Below, in pieces: positions 8,021 through 16,266 of a stretch of 64,000 nt of DNA. The DNA is taken from contig CALVFO010000018.1 of NCBI GenBank assembly GCA_944326855.1, positions 26,766 through 90,765 on the forward strand. Reading direction: 5' to 3'. Positions within the stretch are counted from its first letter, which is position 1; each line of letters begins with the position of its first letter. Origin of the DNA: an uncultured Alistipes sp. GTDB taxonomy: Bacteria > Bacteroidota > Bacteroidia > Bacteroidales > Rikenellaceae. The notes under the pieces are model-generated. The model did no database searches and had not been told where the DNA came from. It worked only from the letters and a program-made list of their open reading frames with translations. The translations under genes were made by a program, and so were the position numbers.

Positions 8021-8061
8021 CGTCTAAACCGCCGCGTTACAATCAAAATTTTATCGTATTT

Positions 8062-9159
8062 TTGCCCCGCATTCACACTCTTTTCATCGTGCCGCAGAAA
8101 TCCGCCAATCCATTAGCCAAGATCAAGCTCAGCAATGCGCTCTATCCGATCGCCATCGGTCTGATCGTCGTGGGTTATCTGTTCTGGAAAGACTTCAATG
8201 CCGAGGTGTTCGCCGATATCCGATTCAGTTGGCATACCTTGTTCTGGATCGTATTGGCCTTTTTCTGCATGTTCGGACGCGACCTGGGCTACATCATCCG
8301 CATCCGTATCCTGAGCAACAACCAACTCAGCTGGTTACAGGCTTTCCGGATCATCATGCTCTGGGAATTCACCTCCGCCATCACCCCCTCGGCCGTCGGA
8401 GGCACCAGCGTAGCCATTATCTACGTACACAAAGAAGGGATCAGCGTGGGACGCAGTTCGGCGATCGTCATGCTGACCTCGTTTCTGGACGAGGTCTATT
8501 TCATCGTCATGTTCCCGCTGCTGTTGTTGCTGGTCGGGCGCCACGCCATGTTCGACATCGATACCACCTCCGGAGTAATCGCCCACAGTCTGATGACTTT
8601 CGCCCTGATCGGTTACGCCCTGAAACTGACCTATGTTCTGATCCTCTCATACGGGCTGTTCTACAATCCGCGTGGATTGAAATGGTTGCTGATGCGCATC
8701 TTCCGGGTCCGTTTTTTGCGCCGATGGTATCGGGCAGCCGCCAATGTCGGATCGGATATCGTGCTCTCATCTTATGAAATCCGCCGCTATGGAGCACGAT
8801 TCTGGCTGAAAGCCGGCGCCTCGACGTTTCTATCCTGGAGTTCGCGTTACCTGGTTGCCAACGCTCTGATCATGGCCTTTTTCTCGGTGAGCGACCAACT
8901 GCTGCTGTTTGCGCGACAACTGGTCATGTGGATCATGATGCTGGTCATGCCCACACCGGGCGGCAGCGGTTTCGCCGAATATATTTTCACCACTTACTGC
9001 CGCGATCTGATCGACGTTCCGCTCTCACTCCAGGTCGGAGCCGCCACCCTGATCGCCCTGTTCTGGCGGCTGATCACCTATTATCCCTACCTGATTGCCG
9101 GCGTTCTCATCTTCCCGCGCTGGATCAAACGGAATTTCACCCGCAAATCGATCGCCTGA
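8062..9159 (+). CDS. Flippase-like / lysylphosphatidylglycerol-synthase TM-domain (UPF0104) family membrane protein
   Basis: ORF 8062..9159 (TTG start; an in-frame GTG at 8089 is an alternative). It is polytopic and hydrophobic, with the GRDLGYIIRIRIL...ITPSAVGG pattern typical of this family. Confidence 0.7.
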   Translation: MPRIHTLFIVPQKSANPLAKIKLSNALYPIAIGLIVVGYLFWKDFNAEVFADIRFSWHTLFWIVLAFFCMFGRDLGYIIRIRILSNNQLSWLQAFRIIMLWEFTSAITPSAVGGTSVAIIYVHKEGISVGRSSAIVMLTSFLDEVYFIVMFPLLLLLVGRHAMFDIDTTSGVIAHSLMTFALIGYALKLTYVLILSYGLFYNPRGLKWLLMRIFRVRFLRRWYRAAANVGSDIVLSSYEIRRYGARFWLKAGASTFLSWSSRYLVANALIMAFFSVSDQLLLFARQLVMWIMMLVMPTPGGSGFAEYIFTTYCRDLIDVPLSLQVGAATLIALFWRLITYYPYLIAGVLIFPRWIKRNFTRKSIA

Positions 9160-9246
9160 ACCCATAGCGGGCAATGTTGATAAAAAAATAATAACTCGCC
9201 CCGCTTCGGATTTTGTCTTTTTTCTCATGAACCGTAACTTTACGAT

Positions 9247-10566
9247 ATGGGAAAATTACCGAAATGGATACCGGCGGCCGCAGGGGTCGTCATGATGATT
9301 GTGTTGGTGTGGCTGGTCATTCACCGGAAACACGCAGAAACCCTGCCTCAGGAAATCGAAATTCAAGAAGAACCGCGCGAATTGCTCTATGGCATCGATG
9401 TCGGCTCCTACCACCTCGATGAAGCGACTCTCGAAAGCGGTCAGACCCTGGGAGAGATTCTGGCCCGTTATGACATCACGCCTGTTACGGTCGATCTGAT
9501 CGCCAAAAGCGCCGATTCGGTATTCCTGCTGCGCAATCTGCGTGCCGGGCACAAATACACCACATTCCAGGCTACGGACAGCACCGCCAAACTCGATTAT
9601 TTCGTCTACGAAATATCCACCACGGAATACCTGGTCATTGACTTTACGGACACCAATCCCCACATGCATGTAGCCGAAAAGGAAGTAACCGTACAACGGA
9701 TGCAGAAGACGGCCACCATCACCTCTTCGCTTTGGAACAGCATGATCGAAAACGACATGAGTCCCGCCCTGGCCTCCGAACTATCCGACATTTATGCCTG
9801 GAGCATTGACTTTTTCGGTTTGCAGAAAGACGATCAGTTCACCGTCATCTACGATCAACTCTATGTCGATACGGTTTGTGTCGACGTCGGCACGATCTGG
9901 GGGGCCAGTTTCCAACACGGAGGTAAGACCTACTACGCCATTCCGTTCGTACAAGACGGCAAACTGCAATACTGGGATGAACAGGGGAACAGCCTGCGTA
10001 AAAACCTGCTCAAAGCTCCGCTGAAATTCTCCCGGATCAGTTCCCGTTTTTCGGCTTCGCGCATGCATCCGGTATTGCGAATCCGACGGCCTCATTACGG
10101 TGTCGACTATGCGGCCCCGAGCGGTACGCCGGTCGTAGCCGTAGGCGATGGAGTCGTGATTTTCAAGGGATGGGGCAGAGGAGGAGGCAACACCCTGAAA
10201 ATCAGACACAATTCAGGATCCTTAGTTTCAGGATATCTGCACCTGAGAGGTTTTGCCAAAGGCATCCAACAAGGCACCCGCGTTCATCAGGGACAACTGA
10301 TCGGCTACGTAGGCTCGACCGGACTTTCGACCGGACCGCACCTCGATTTCCGGCTGTGGCAAAACGGTCGGCCGATCGACCCGTTGAAAGTGCCGACCGA
10401 ACCGGCCGAACCGATTCGTGCCGCCAATAAAACCGCTTTCGAAGGCATCCGCGATCGCGTCATGGCCGAATTGAGTGGCCCGGTTGCCGACAGCCTGCGC
10501 GTCACCACCCTCGAAGAGATTTCAAACCCGAGCCGTACCGATTCCACCTCCCAACCTCGTCCATGA
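9247..10566 (+). CDS. M23 family peptidoglycan metalloendopeptidase with an N-terminal membrane anchor
   Basis: ORF 9247..10566. It has HYGVDYAAPSGTPVVAVGDGVV (HxxxD), YLHL and GSTGLSTGPHLDFR motifs, plus an N-terminal TM helix. Confidence 0.9.
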   Translation: MGKLPKWIPAAAGVVMMIVLVWLVIHRKHAETLPQEIEIQEEPRELLYGIDVGSYHLDEATLESGQTLGEILARYDITPVTVDLIAKSADSVFLLRNLRAGHKYTTFQATDSTAKLDYFVYEISTTEYLVIDFTDTNPHMHVAEKEVTVQRMQKTATITSSLWNSMIENDMSPALASELSDIYAWSIDFFGLQKDDQFTVIYDQLYVDTVCVDVGTIWGASFQHGGKTYYAIPFVQDGKLQYWDEQGNSLRKNLLKAPLKFSRISSRFSASRMHPVLRIRRPHYGVDYAAPSGTPVVAVGDGVVIFKGWGRGGGNTLKIRHNSGSLVSGYLHLRGFAKGIQQGTRVHQGQLIGYVGSTGLSTGPHLDFRLWQNGRPIDPLKVPTEPAEPIRAANKTAFEGIRDRVMAELSGPVADSLRVTTLEEISNPSRTDSTSQPRP

Positions 10567-11009
10567 ATGCCGAAATAGATCCCCGCATCATCCGCTTTCT
10601 CGGACGTCATCACATCATGACGCTCGCCACCGTTCAGGAAGGTCAGCCTCATTGTTGCACCTTGTTTTACGCGTATGCCCCCGAAACGAACCGTTTTGTG
10701 GTCACTTCGTCCGAATCCACCCTGCACGTCAAACAACTGGCAAGAAATGCACGGATAGCCGGAGCCATTGCCCTGGAAAGCAAAGTGATCGGAAAACTGC
10801 AAGGTATCCAGCTACGGGGAAGCATGACTCGGCCTTCGGCCCGTGAACTGCCCGAAGTCCGCCAGGCATACCTGAAACGATTCCCTTTCGCCGCCCTGAT
10901 GGATATCGATCTGTGGGTGATCGAGCCCGATTTTCTGAAACTGACGGACAATCGCCTAGGGTTCGGCAAAAAGCTGATCTGGGAGGCAAACCAATCGACC
11001 CGACCATGA
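10563..11009 (+). CDS. Pyridoxamine 5'-phosphate oxidase-fold protein, YhbP/UPF0306-like
   Basis: ORF 10563..11009, 148 aa. The sequence FLGRHHIMTLATVQEGQPHCCTLFYAY resembles YhbP-type proteins. Its start overlaps the M23 stop (ATGA at 10563-10566). Confidence 0.65.
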   Translation: MNAEIDPRIIRFLGRHHIMTLATVQEGQPHCCTLFYAYAPETNRFVVTSSESTLHVKQLARNARIAGAIALESKVIGKLQGIQLRGSMTRPSARELPEVRQAYLKRFPFAALMDIDLWVIEPDFLKLTDNRLGFGKKLIWEANQSTRP

Positions 11010-12061
11010 GCAACGACACGTCAAAAACTGCTTTTGTCACCGGAGCCACCGGACTGATCGGCAGCCATGTGGTAGCCGAACTGCTTCGTGCGGGATATCG
11101 GGTGCGCCTGGCGGTTCGCAACCGGAACCGACTGCAAGCGTTGGAAGACACGCTCAAACGCTTCGACGTCATCGACCGGTGGGATCGTCTCGAAGTATAT
11201 GAAATGCCTTTGCTCAATCCCATTCGCCTCAGTCAACGCATGCAGGGATGTACCCAGGTTTTTCATTGTGCCGGCATGGTATCATTCGACCCGACCCGAG
11301 AAGACGAAATTCTCGAAACCAATATCCGCATCACGAATACCACGGTCACAGCCGCCCGAATGGCCCATATCGCCGTTTTCGTTCATGTCAGTTCGATTGC
11401 CACACTGGGAGCCATACCGGTCGAATCGGGCAAACAGACCGCCCAGAAGCTGATTACCGAACAAAATCTGCTCACCAGTCTCAAAGACCGCTCAGCCTAT
11501 TCCGTCAGTAAATTCTATGCAGAAAACGAAGTATGGAGAGCCTCGGCACAAGGCTTGTACACCGTGATCGTCAATCCGGCCATCGTGCTGGGTGAGGGGG
11601 CCTGGGACCGCAGCAGCGGAGAGCTGATTGCGCAAGCCATCCACCATTCCGTTTTCGCCACCGGAGGAGTCAAGGGGTATGTGGATGTACGGGATGTGGC
11701 CCGGGCCATGCTCCTGCTATCCTGTACAGAAGCCGCTTACGGCCAGCGATTTATTCTTTCCAGTGCCAATCTCTCTTTCCGGGAACTGTTTACCCAGATT
11801 GCCCGAGCCGCCGGCAAACATCCGCCCCGATGGACACTCGGACGCAAAGCCCTGACGCTGGCTGCCACCCTCGAACGAGGGCACCGGAGATTCTGGGGCG
11901 GGGAAGTACGGTTGAGTGATTCGGTAATCGCCAACGCACTGGATGTTTCCCGCTATGACGGCAGCCGAATCACCCGACTCTGTTCATTTGATTATACCCC
12001 CATCGAACAAACCATCGACCGTGTGGTAAAAGCCTGTCTGCAAGAAACGAAACACCGATAA
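11006..12061 (+). CDS. NAD-dependent epimerase/dehydratase family (extended SDR) protein
   Basis: ORF 10913..12061. The likely start is M32 at 11006 (MSNDTSKTAFVTGATGLIGSHVV, the Rossmann GxxGxxG motif), which overlaps the upstream stop as ATGA (11006-11009). YSVSK provides the catalytic YxxxK. Confidence 0.85.
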   Translation: MSNDTSKTAFVTGATGLIGSHVVAELLRAGYRVRLAVRNRNRLQALEDTLKRFDVIDRWDRLEVYEMPLLNPIRLSQRMQGCTQVFHCAGMVSFDPTREDEILETNIRITNTTVTAARMAHIAVFVHVSSIATLGAIPVESGKQTAQKLITEQNLLTSLKDRSAYSVSKFYAENEVWRASAQGLYTVIVNPAIVLGEGAWDRSSGELIAQAIHHSVFATGGVKGYVDVRDVARAMLLLSCTEAAYGQRFILSSANLSFRELFTQIARAAGKHPPRWTLGRKALTLAATLERGHRRFWGGEVRLSDSVIANALDVSRYDGSRITRLCSFDYTPIEQTIDRVVKACLQETKHR

Positions 12062-12242
12062 ACCGCATCCCGACTCTCTATCGGAACAAAGCGGCACGCG
12101 AATACCGAAAAACAGACAACCACACACCAAGACATACCACAAATAACGAAAAACAAATCATCGAGCCCGACGGGATTCCACGAAAACGAATCATGCACAC
12201 CAGGGCACCAATAAAACGATAAAGACCTTTACACCATCCGAT

Positions 12243-12935
12243 ATGACACAACGAGTAGCCGTAATCATCGTAGCCGGCGGCAGCGGTCGCCGCATGGGAG
12301 GGAAACTGCCCAAACAATTTATGACCATCGGCGGAAAACCGGTTCTGATGCATACGATCCAACGATTCGCCGAAGTATTGAACAATCCTCTGCTGGTTCT
12401 GGTGTTACCCTCCAGTCGGATCGAATACTGGAAAGAGCTCTGCCAGGAGTACCACTTCAACATACCGCACACCCTTTGCGAAGGAGGAGATACCCGTTTC
12501 GAGTCAGTCAAACGGGGACTGGAACACATTGGCGAGGCCTCTCTGGTGGCGATTCACGACGGGGTTCGTCCCCTGGTCAGCGGCGAGCTGATCCAACGGG
12601 CTATCGCCGATGCCAAAGTCTTCGGAGCCGTCATTCCGGTTGTTACGCCCATCGACTCCCTCCGTCAGATCGACGATGAAGGAAACCACATCATCGACCG
12701 CACCCGACTGAGGATCGTCCAGACTCCCCAAGTTTTTCACGCCAAGGTTATCCGTAAAGCCTATGAATTACCCTACAGCCATGAATTCACAGACGATGCC
12801 AGTGTCGTGGAAGCCTCCGGACACGACATTTTCCTGTGCGAAGGGGATTACGCCAACATCAAGATCACAACCCCGATCGACATCATCACCGTGGAGGCCC
12901 TGTTGACGGCCCAAGCCGAACCGACCGAAGAATAG
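12243..12935 (+). CDS. ispD: 2-C-methyl-D-erythritol 4-phosphate cytidylyltransferase
   Basis: ORF 12243..12935, 230 aa. It has the VAVIIVAGGSGRRMGGKLPKQF signature and the typical IspD length and layout. Confidence 0.92.
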   Translation: MTQRVAVIIVAGGSGRRMGGKLPKQFMTIGGKPVLMHTIQRFAEVLNNPLLVLVLPSSRIEYWKELCQEYHFNIPHTLCEGGDTRFESVKRGLEHIGEASLVAIHDGVRPLVSGELIQRAIADAKVFGAVIPVVTPIDSLRQIDDEGNHIIDRTRLRIVQTPQVFHAKVIRKAYELPYSHEFTDDASVVEASGHDIFLCEGDYANIKITTPIDIITVEALLTAQAEPTEE

Positions 12936-12958
12936 CAGAAGACATTCCATAAAACACA

Positions 12959-12986
12959 GGAGCTTGTCCCGGATGGGACAAGCTCC
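12959..12986 (+). terminator. Rho-independent terminator after ispD
   Basis: 12-bp perfect stem ggagcttgtccc / gggacaagctcc with loop ggat, followed by tgcttattt. Confidence 0.75.
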
Positions 12987-13142
12987 TGCTTATTTGAATG
13001 ACGATCGAGACCTTTTCGGACTACCGTATTTTCTTCGGACAAACGATTTTATTGATCCCGTAACGGGCGGGAAATCGAACGTTCACCCGACAGCCCTTAC
13101 CCGTCCGAGCGCGAAAACTTCCCGATCCACAACCGAAGAGAC

Positions 13143-13850
13143 TCAACCCAAAATAAAAATCGCCGGTCGTTTCTGCATCTCCGGCATCGGCAATTCCCGC
13201 CACCGGGCAATGCTGTGGGTCATGATCTGCTGATCGGGTTGCAAAACATCGACAGCCACACACAAACGCGTATGCTCCCCGCAGATCGTCAAAAAATCCT
13301 GAAATAATTTTACGTTACGGTAGGGAGCCTCGATAAAGAGCTGAGACTGATGTTCGTTACGCGCCCTTTTCTCAAAAAAACGGATGGCTTTTCCACGCTC
13401 CGGCTGTTTGACCGGCAAATAACCATTGAAAGCGAACGACTGCCCGTTGAGTCCGGAGGCCATCAGCGCCAAAATAATCGACGAAGGACCCACCAAAGGA
13501 ATGACTTCCACACCCTGTTGATGAGCCAGCGCCACCAGATCGGCCCCGGGGTCGGCCACGCCCGGCACACCGGCTTCAGACATCAAACCGGCATTCGTTC
13601 CCTCCAATACCGGAGCCAACAGACGAGCCCACTCCTCGGGGCGCGTATGCTCGTTGAGTTCCTCAAACCGCAGCTCGTCGATCGGGCGCCCGACCGCTGC
13701 CCGACTCAAAAAACGCCTCGCCGTTCGCAAATTTTCCACAATGAAATAGTCCAACGAAGCCATCACCTCACGATTCAAGGCCGGCAAGACATCGTACACC
13801 GGACGATCGCCGATGGGCGTGGGCAACAAATAGAGCTTTCCGGATTTCAT
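13143..13850 (-). CDS. SAM-dependent methyltransferase, tetrapyrrole-methylase fold (RsmI/YraL-like)
   Basis: ORF 13143..13850. LYLLPTPIG, SEAGVPGVADPG and PLVGPSSIILAL are colinear with RsmI-type motifs. Confidence 0.8.
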   Translation of the reverse strand: MKSGKLYLLPTPIGDRPVYDVLPALNREVMASLDYFIVENLRTARRFLSRAAVGRPIDELRFEELNEHTRPEEWARLLAPVLEGTNAGLMSEAGVPGVADPGADLVALAHQQGVEVIPLVGPSSIILALMASGLNGQSFAFNGYLPVKQPERGKAIRFFEKRARNEHQSQLFIEAPYRNVKLFQDFLTICGEHTRLCVAVDVLQPDQQIMTHSIARWRELPMPEMQKRPAIFILG

Positions 13851-13855
13851 CGCAT

Positions 13856-16237
13856 TTACTCTTTGATATAGACTCGTTTCACCCGCGTCGAGACACTCGT
13901 CATCACCTCATAAGGAATGGTTCCCAACACCCCGGCCATATCGATCACCGAAGCCCCTTCACCGAAAATGATCACCGTATCGCCTTCCTGAACGCCTTCC
14001 ACATCGGTCACGTCCAACATACAGGTATCCATGCAGACATTGCCGATGATCGGCACCTTCTGTCCCCGAACGACCATCCGCCAGGCTCCGCAGCCCAGGT
14101 GCCGGTTCAAGCCGTCGGCATAACCGATCGGAATGGTCGCCGTACGGCTCGGACGTTCGATCACCCCGTGACGTCCGTAACCGACCGTCTCGCCCGGTTC
14201 CAGCTCCTTGATCTGTACGATGCGCGTCTTGAGTGTGGCCACCGGCAAGAGATGTTCCTGATGAACGAAACTAATTCCATAGAGGCCGACTCCCAGACGC
14301 ACCATGTCGAACTGAGCTTCGGGGAAACGCTCGATCCCGGCACTATTGTCCAAATGACGAATGATACCCTGATGGGGGAAAGCCGCCAAGAGACGATCAC
14401 TCATGCGTTTATAACGGGCGATTTGGTCCCGGGTAAAGGCGTCCTGCGAGGGTTCGTCGCTGGTGGCCAAATGCGAAAAGATCGTACGAATATACAACGC
14501 AGGCTGTGCCTTGAGGGCCTCGATCAAAGCCGGGATCTCTTTTTCCTCGAAACCCAACCGATGCATACCCGTATCCAGTTTGAGGTGGATGGGGTAGTGG
14601 GTTTCGCCCTGCCGGGCCACGGCATCGGCAAAGGCTTTCAGGGAGGTAAAGCTGTAAATTTCGGGTTCAAGCCGTTGTTCGATCATCGGCTCGAAACTGT
14701 CGGCATCGGCATTCAGGACCACAATGGGCATCGTGATGCCCGCTTCTCGCAACACCACGCCTTCGTCGGCAAAAGCCACGGCCAGAAAATTCACGCCCTG
14801 ATGCTGCAGCATACTGGCCACCTCATACGTACCATTACCGTAAGCCGAAGCCTTGACCATCACCATCATACGCGTTCCCGGACGCAGTTTACCCCGAAAA
14901 TAATTGAGGTTATGGATCATATGATCCAGATTCACCTCCAGTACGGTCGTATGAATCTGATGTTCGAGCGCATGGCTGATCTTCTCGAAATGAAAATCCC
15001 GACAGCCTTTGATCAGAATACTTTTACGCACAAAACGACTGCGGTCGCAATGGCGCAAAAACTCATCGGTCGAGGGATAAAAACTCGTCGGTAAATCGAA
15101 CCGATGGACCTGACGGGAAATTTCCTCGCCGATGCCGATCAACCGATCCACGCCTTTGGTTTTCAACATATCGGCCACCTTCGCATACAAGGTTTCCGGA
15201 GCCAGGCCGCTTTGACGGATGTCGGAGAGGATCAACCACTTTTCCTGCCCGCCGGAGAGCGACTCCAGATAATCCAACGCCAAAGCCAACGAATTGATAT
15301 CGGAATTATAACTGTCGTTAATCAACTTGCAGCCACCGATTCCCTCTTTGAGTTCCAGACGCATGGCTACCGGCTGCAAGGCCGCCAAACGAGGCAAAAT
15401 ATCCTGATCTTCATACCCTAAGGTCCGATATAGAGCCACGGCTTCTGCCGCATTCTCCCGCGAAGCCTCGTCAGGGTAGGGCAAGGCAGTCAACGGCTCG
15501 TCCCGGACGTCGACACCGACCAGACGACGATCCGCAAACCGCTGTTCGATCGCACGAACGACCTGCTCATTCTGCGTCAGATAGAGAATCGTTTCCGCCC
15601 GATCGAACAGCGTCAGTTTTTCGTCGAGTTTTTGTTCCAGGGTCTGGAAATTTTCCTGGTGGGCATCTCCCAAATTCGTAAAGATCCCGATCTGGGGCCG
15701 AATCATCTCTTCGAGCCGGCGCATCTCTCCGGGTTGGGAAATTCCCGCTTCGATCACAGCCAGATCTTCGTCACCTTCGATCATCAACAACGACAACGGT
15801 ACACCGACCTGAGAATTGTAACTCTTGGGGCTTCGGAAGAGTTTCATCCCCGGCGGACACAACTGAGCGATCCACTCCTTGGTCACCGTTTTACCATTGC
15901 TGCCGGTAATGGCAACCACCCGGCCGCCGAACTGGCTGCGATGATAGGCCGCCCATTTCTGCAAGGCCTCCAACGAATTGACCGCCCGGACAAATCCTGC
16001 TTCGGGAAACGACTGTTCGTCTACCTGTGCATCAACCAAAAAGGCTCTGACACCTCGTTGATACAACTCTCCGATATAGGCATGCCCGTTGTGATTGCCG
16101 CCACGAATCGCCACAAAAAGAGTATCCACGGCATTGAAAGTACCGCGGCTGTCGGTCACTACCCGGCGTACACGCTGTTCGGTCCCCGAAAATACGCTTC
16201 CGGTCAGGGCCGCTATGTTTTTCAGACTATAATCCAT
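13856..16237 (-). CDS. murF/alr: Bifunctional UDP-N-acetylmuramoyl-tripeptide--D-alanyl-D-alanine ligase (MurF) / alanine racemase (Alr) fusion
   Basis: ORF 13856..16237, 793 aa. The N-terminal half carries the Mur ligase P-loop ITGSNGKTVTKEW. The C-terminal half carries the alanine racemase PLP-lysine motif MVMVKASAYGNG and the ...VGYGR... motif. Confidence 0.92.
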   Translation of the reverse strand: MDYSLKNIAALTGSVFSGTEQRVRRVVTDSRGTFNAVDTLFVAIRGGNHNGHAYIGELYQRGVRAFLVDAQVDEQSFPEAGFVRAVNSLEALQKWAAYHRSQFGGRVVAITGSNGKTVTKEWIAQLCPPGMKLFRSPKSYNSQVGVPLSLLMIEGDEDLAVIEAGISQPGEMRRLEEMIRPQIGIFTNLGDAHQENFQTLEQKLDEKLTLFDRAETILYLTQNEQVVRAIEQRFADRRLVGVDVRDEPLTALPYPDEASRENAAEAVALYRTLGYEDQDILPRLAALQPVAMRLELKEGIGGCKLINDSYNSDINSLALALDYLESLSGGQEKWLILSDIRQSGLAPETLYAKVADMLKTKGVDRLIGIGEEISRQVHRFDLPTSFYPSTDEFLRHCDRSRFVRKSILIKGCRDFHFEKISHALEHQIHTTVLEVNLDHMIHNLNYFRGKLRPGTRMMVMVKASAYGNGTYEVASMLQHQGVNFLAVAFADEGVVLREAGITMPIVVLNADADSFEPMIEQRLEPEIYSFTSLKAFADAVARQGETHYPIHLKLDTGMHRLGFEEKEIPALIEALKAQPALYIRTIFSHLATSDEPSQDAFTRDQIARYKRMSDRLLAAFPHQGIIRHLDNSAGIERFPEAQFDMVRLGVGLYGISFVHQEHLLPVATLKTRIVQIKELEPGETVGYGRHGVIERPSRTATIPIGYADGLNRHLGCGAWRMVVRGQKVPIIGNVCMDTCMLDVTDVEGVQEGDTVIIFGEGASVIDMAGVLGTIPYEVMTSVSTRVKRVYIKE

Positions 16238-16266
16238 GTTGCTGTATCAATCTCAAAATCGTTTTG

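Noticed and set aside
10339-10347. M23 peptidase has H-L-D (GPHLDFR) where the LytM-type HxH motif is expected
   Set aside because: The HxxxD and central His motifs are intact, and Asp can serve as a zinc ligand. I recall similar variants (non-His at this position) being common in Bacteroidota M23 proteins, so this is probably a lineage trait rather than an inactivation. I cannot verify that without an alignment.
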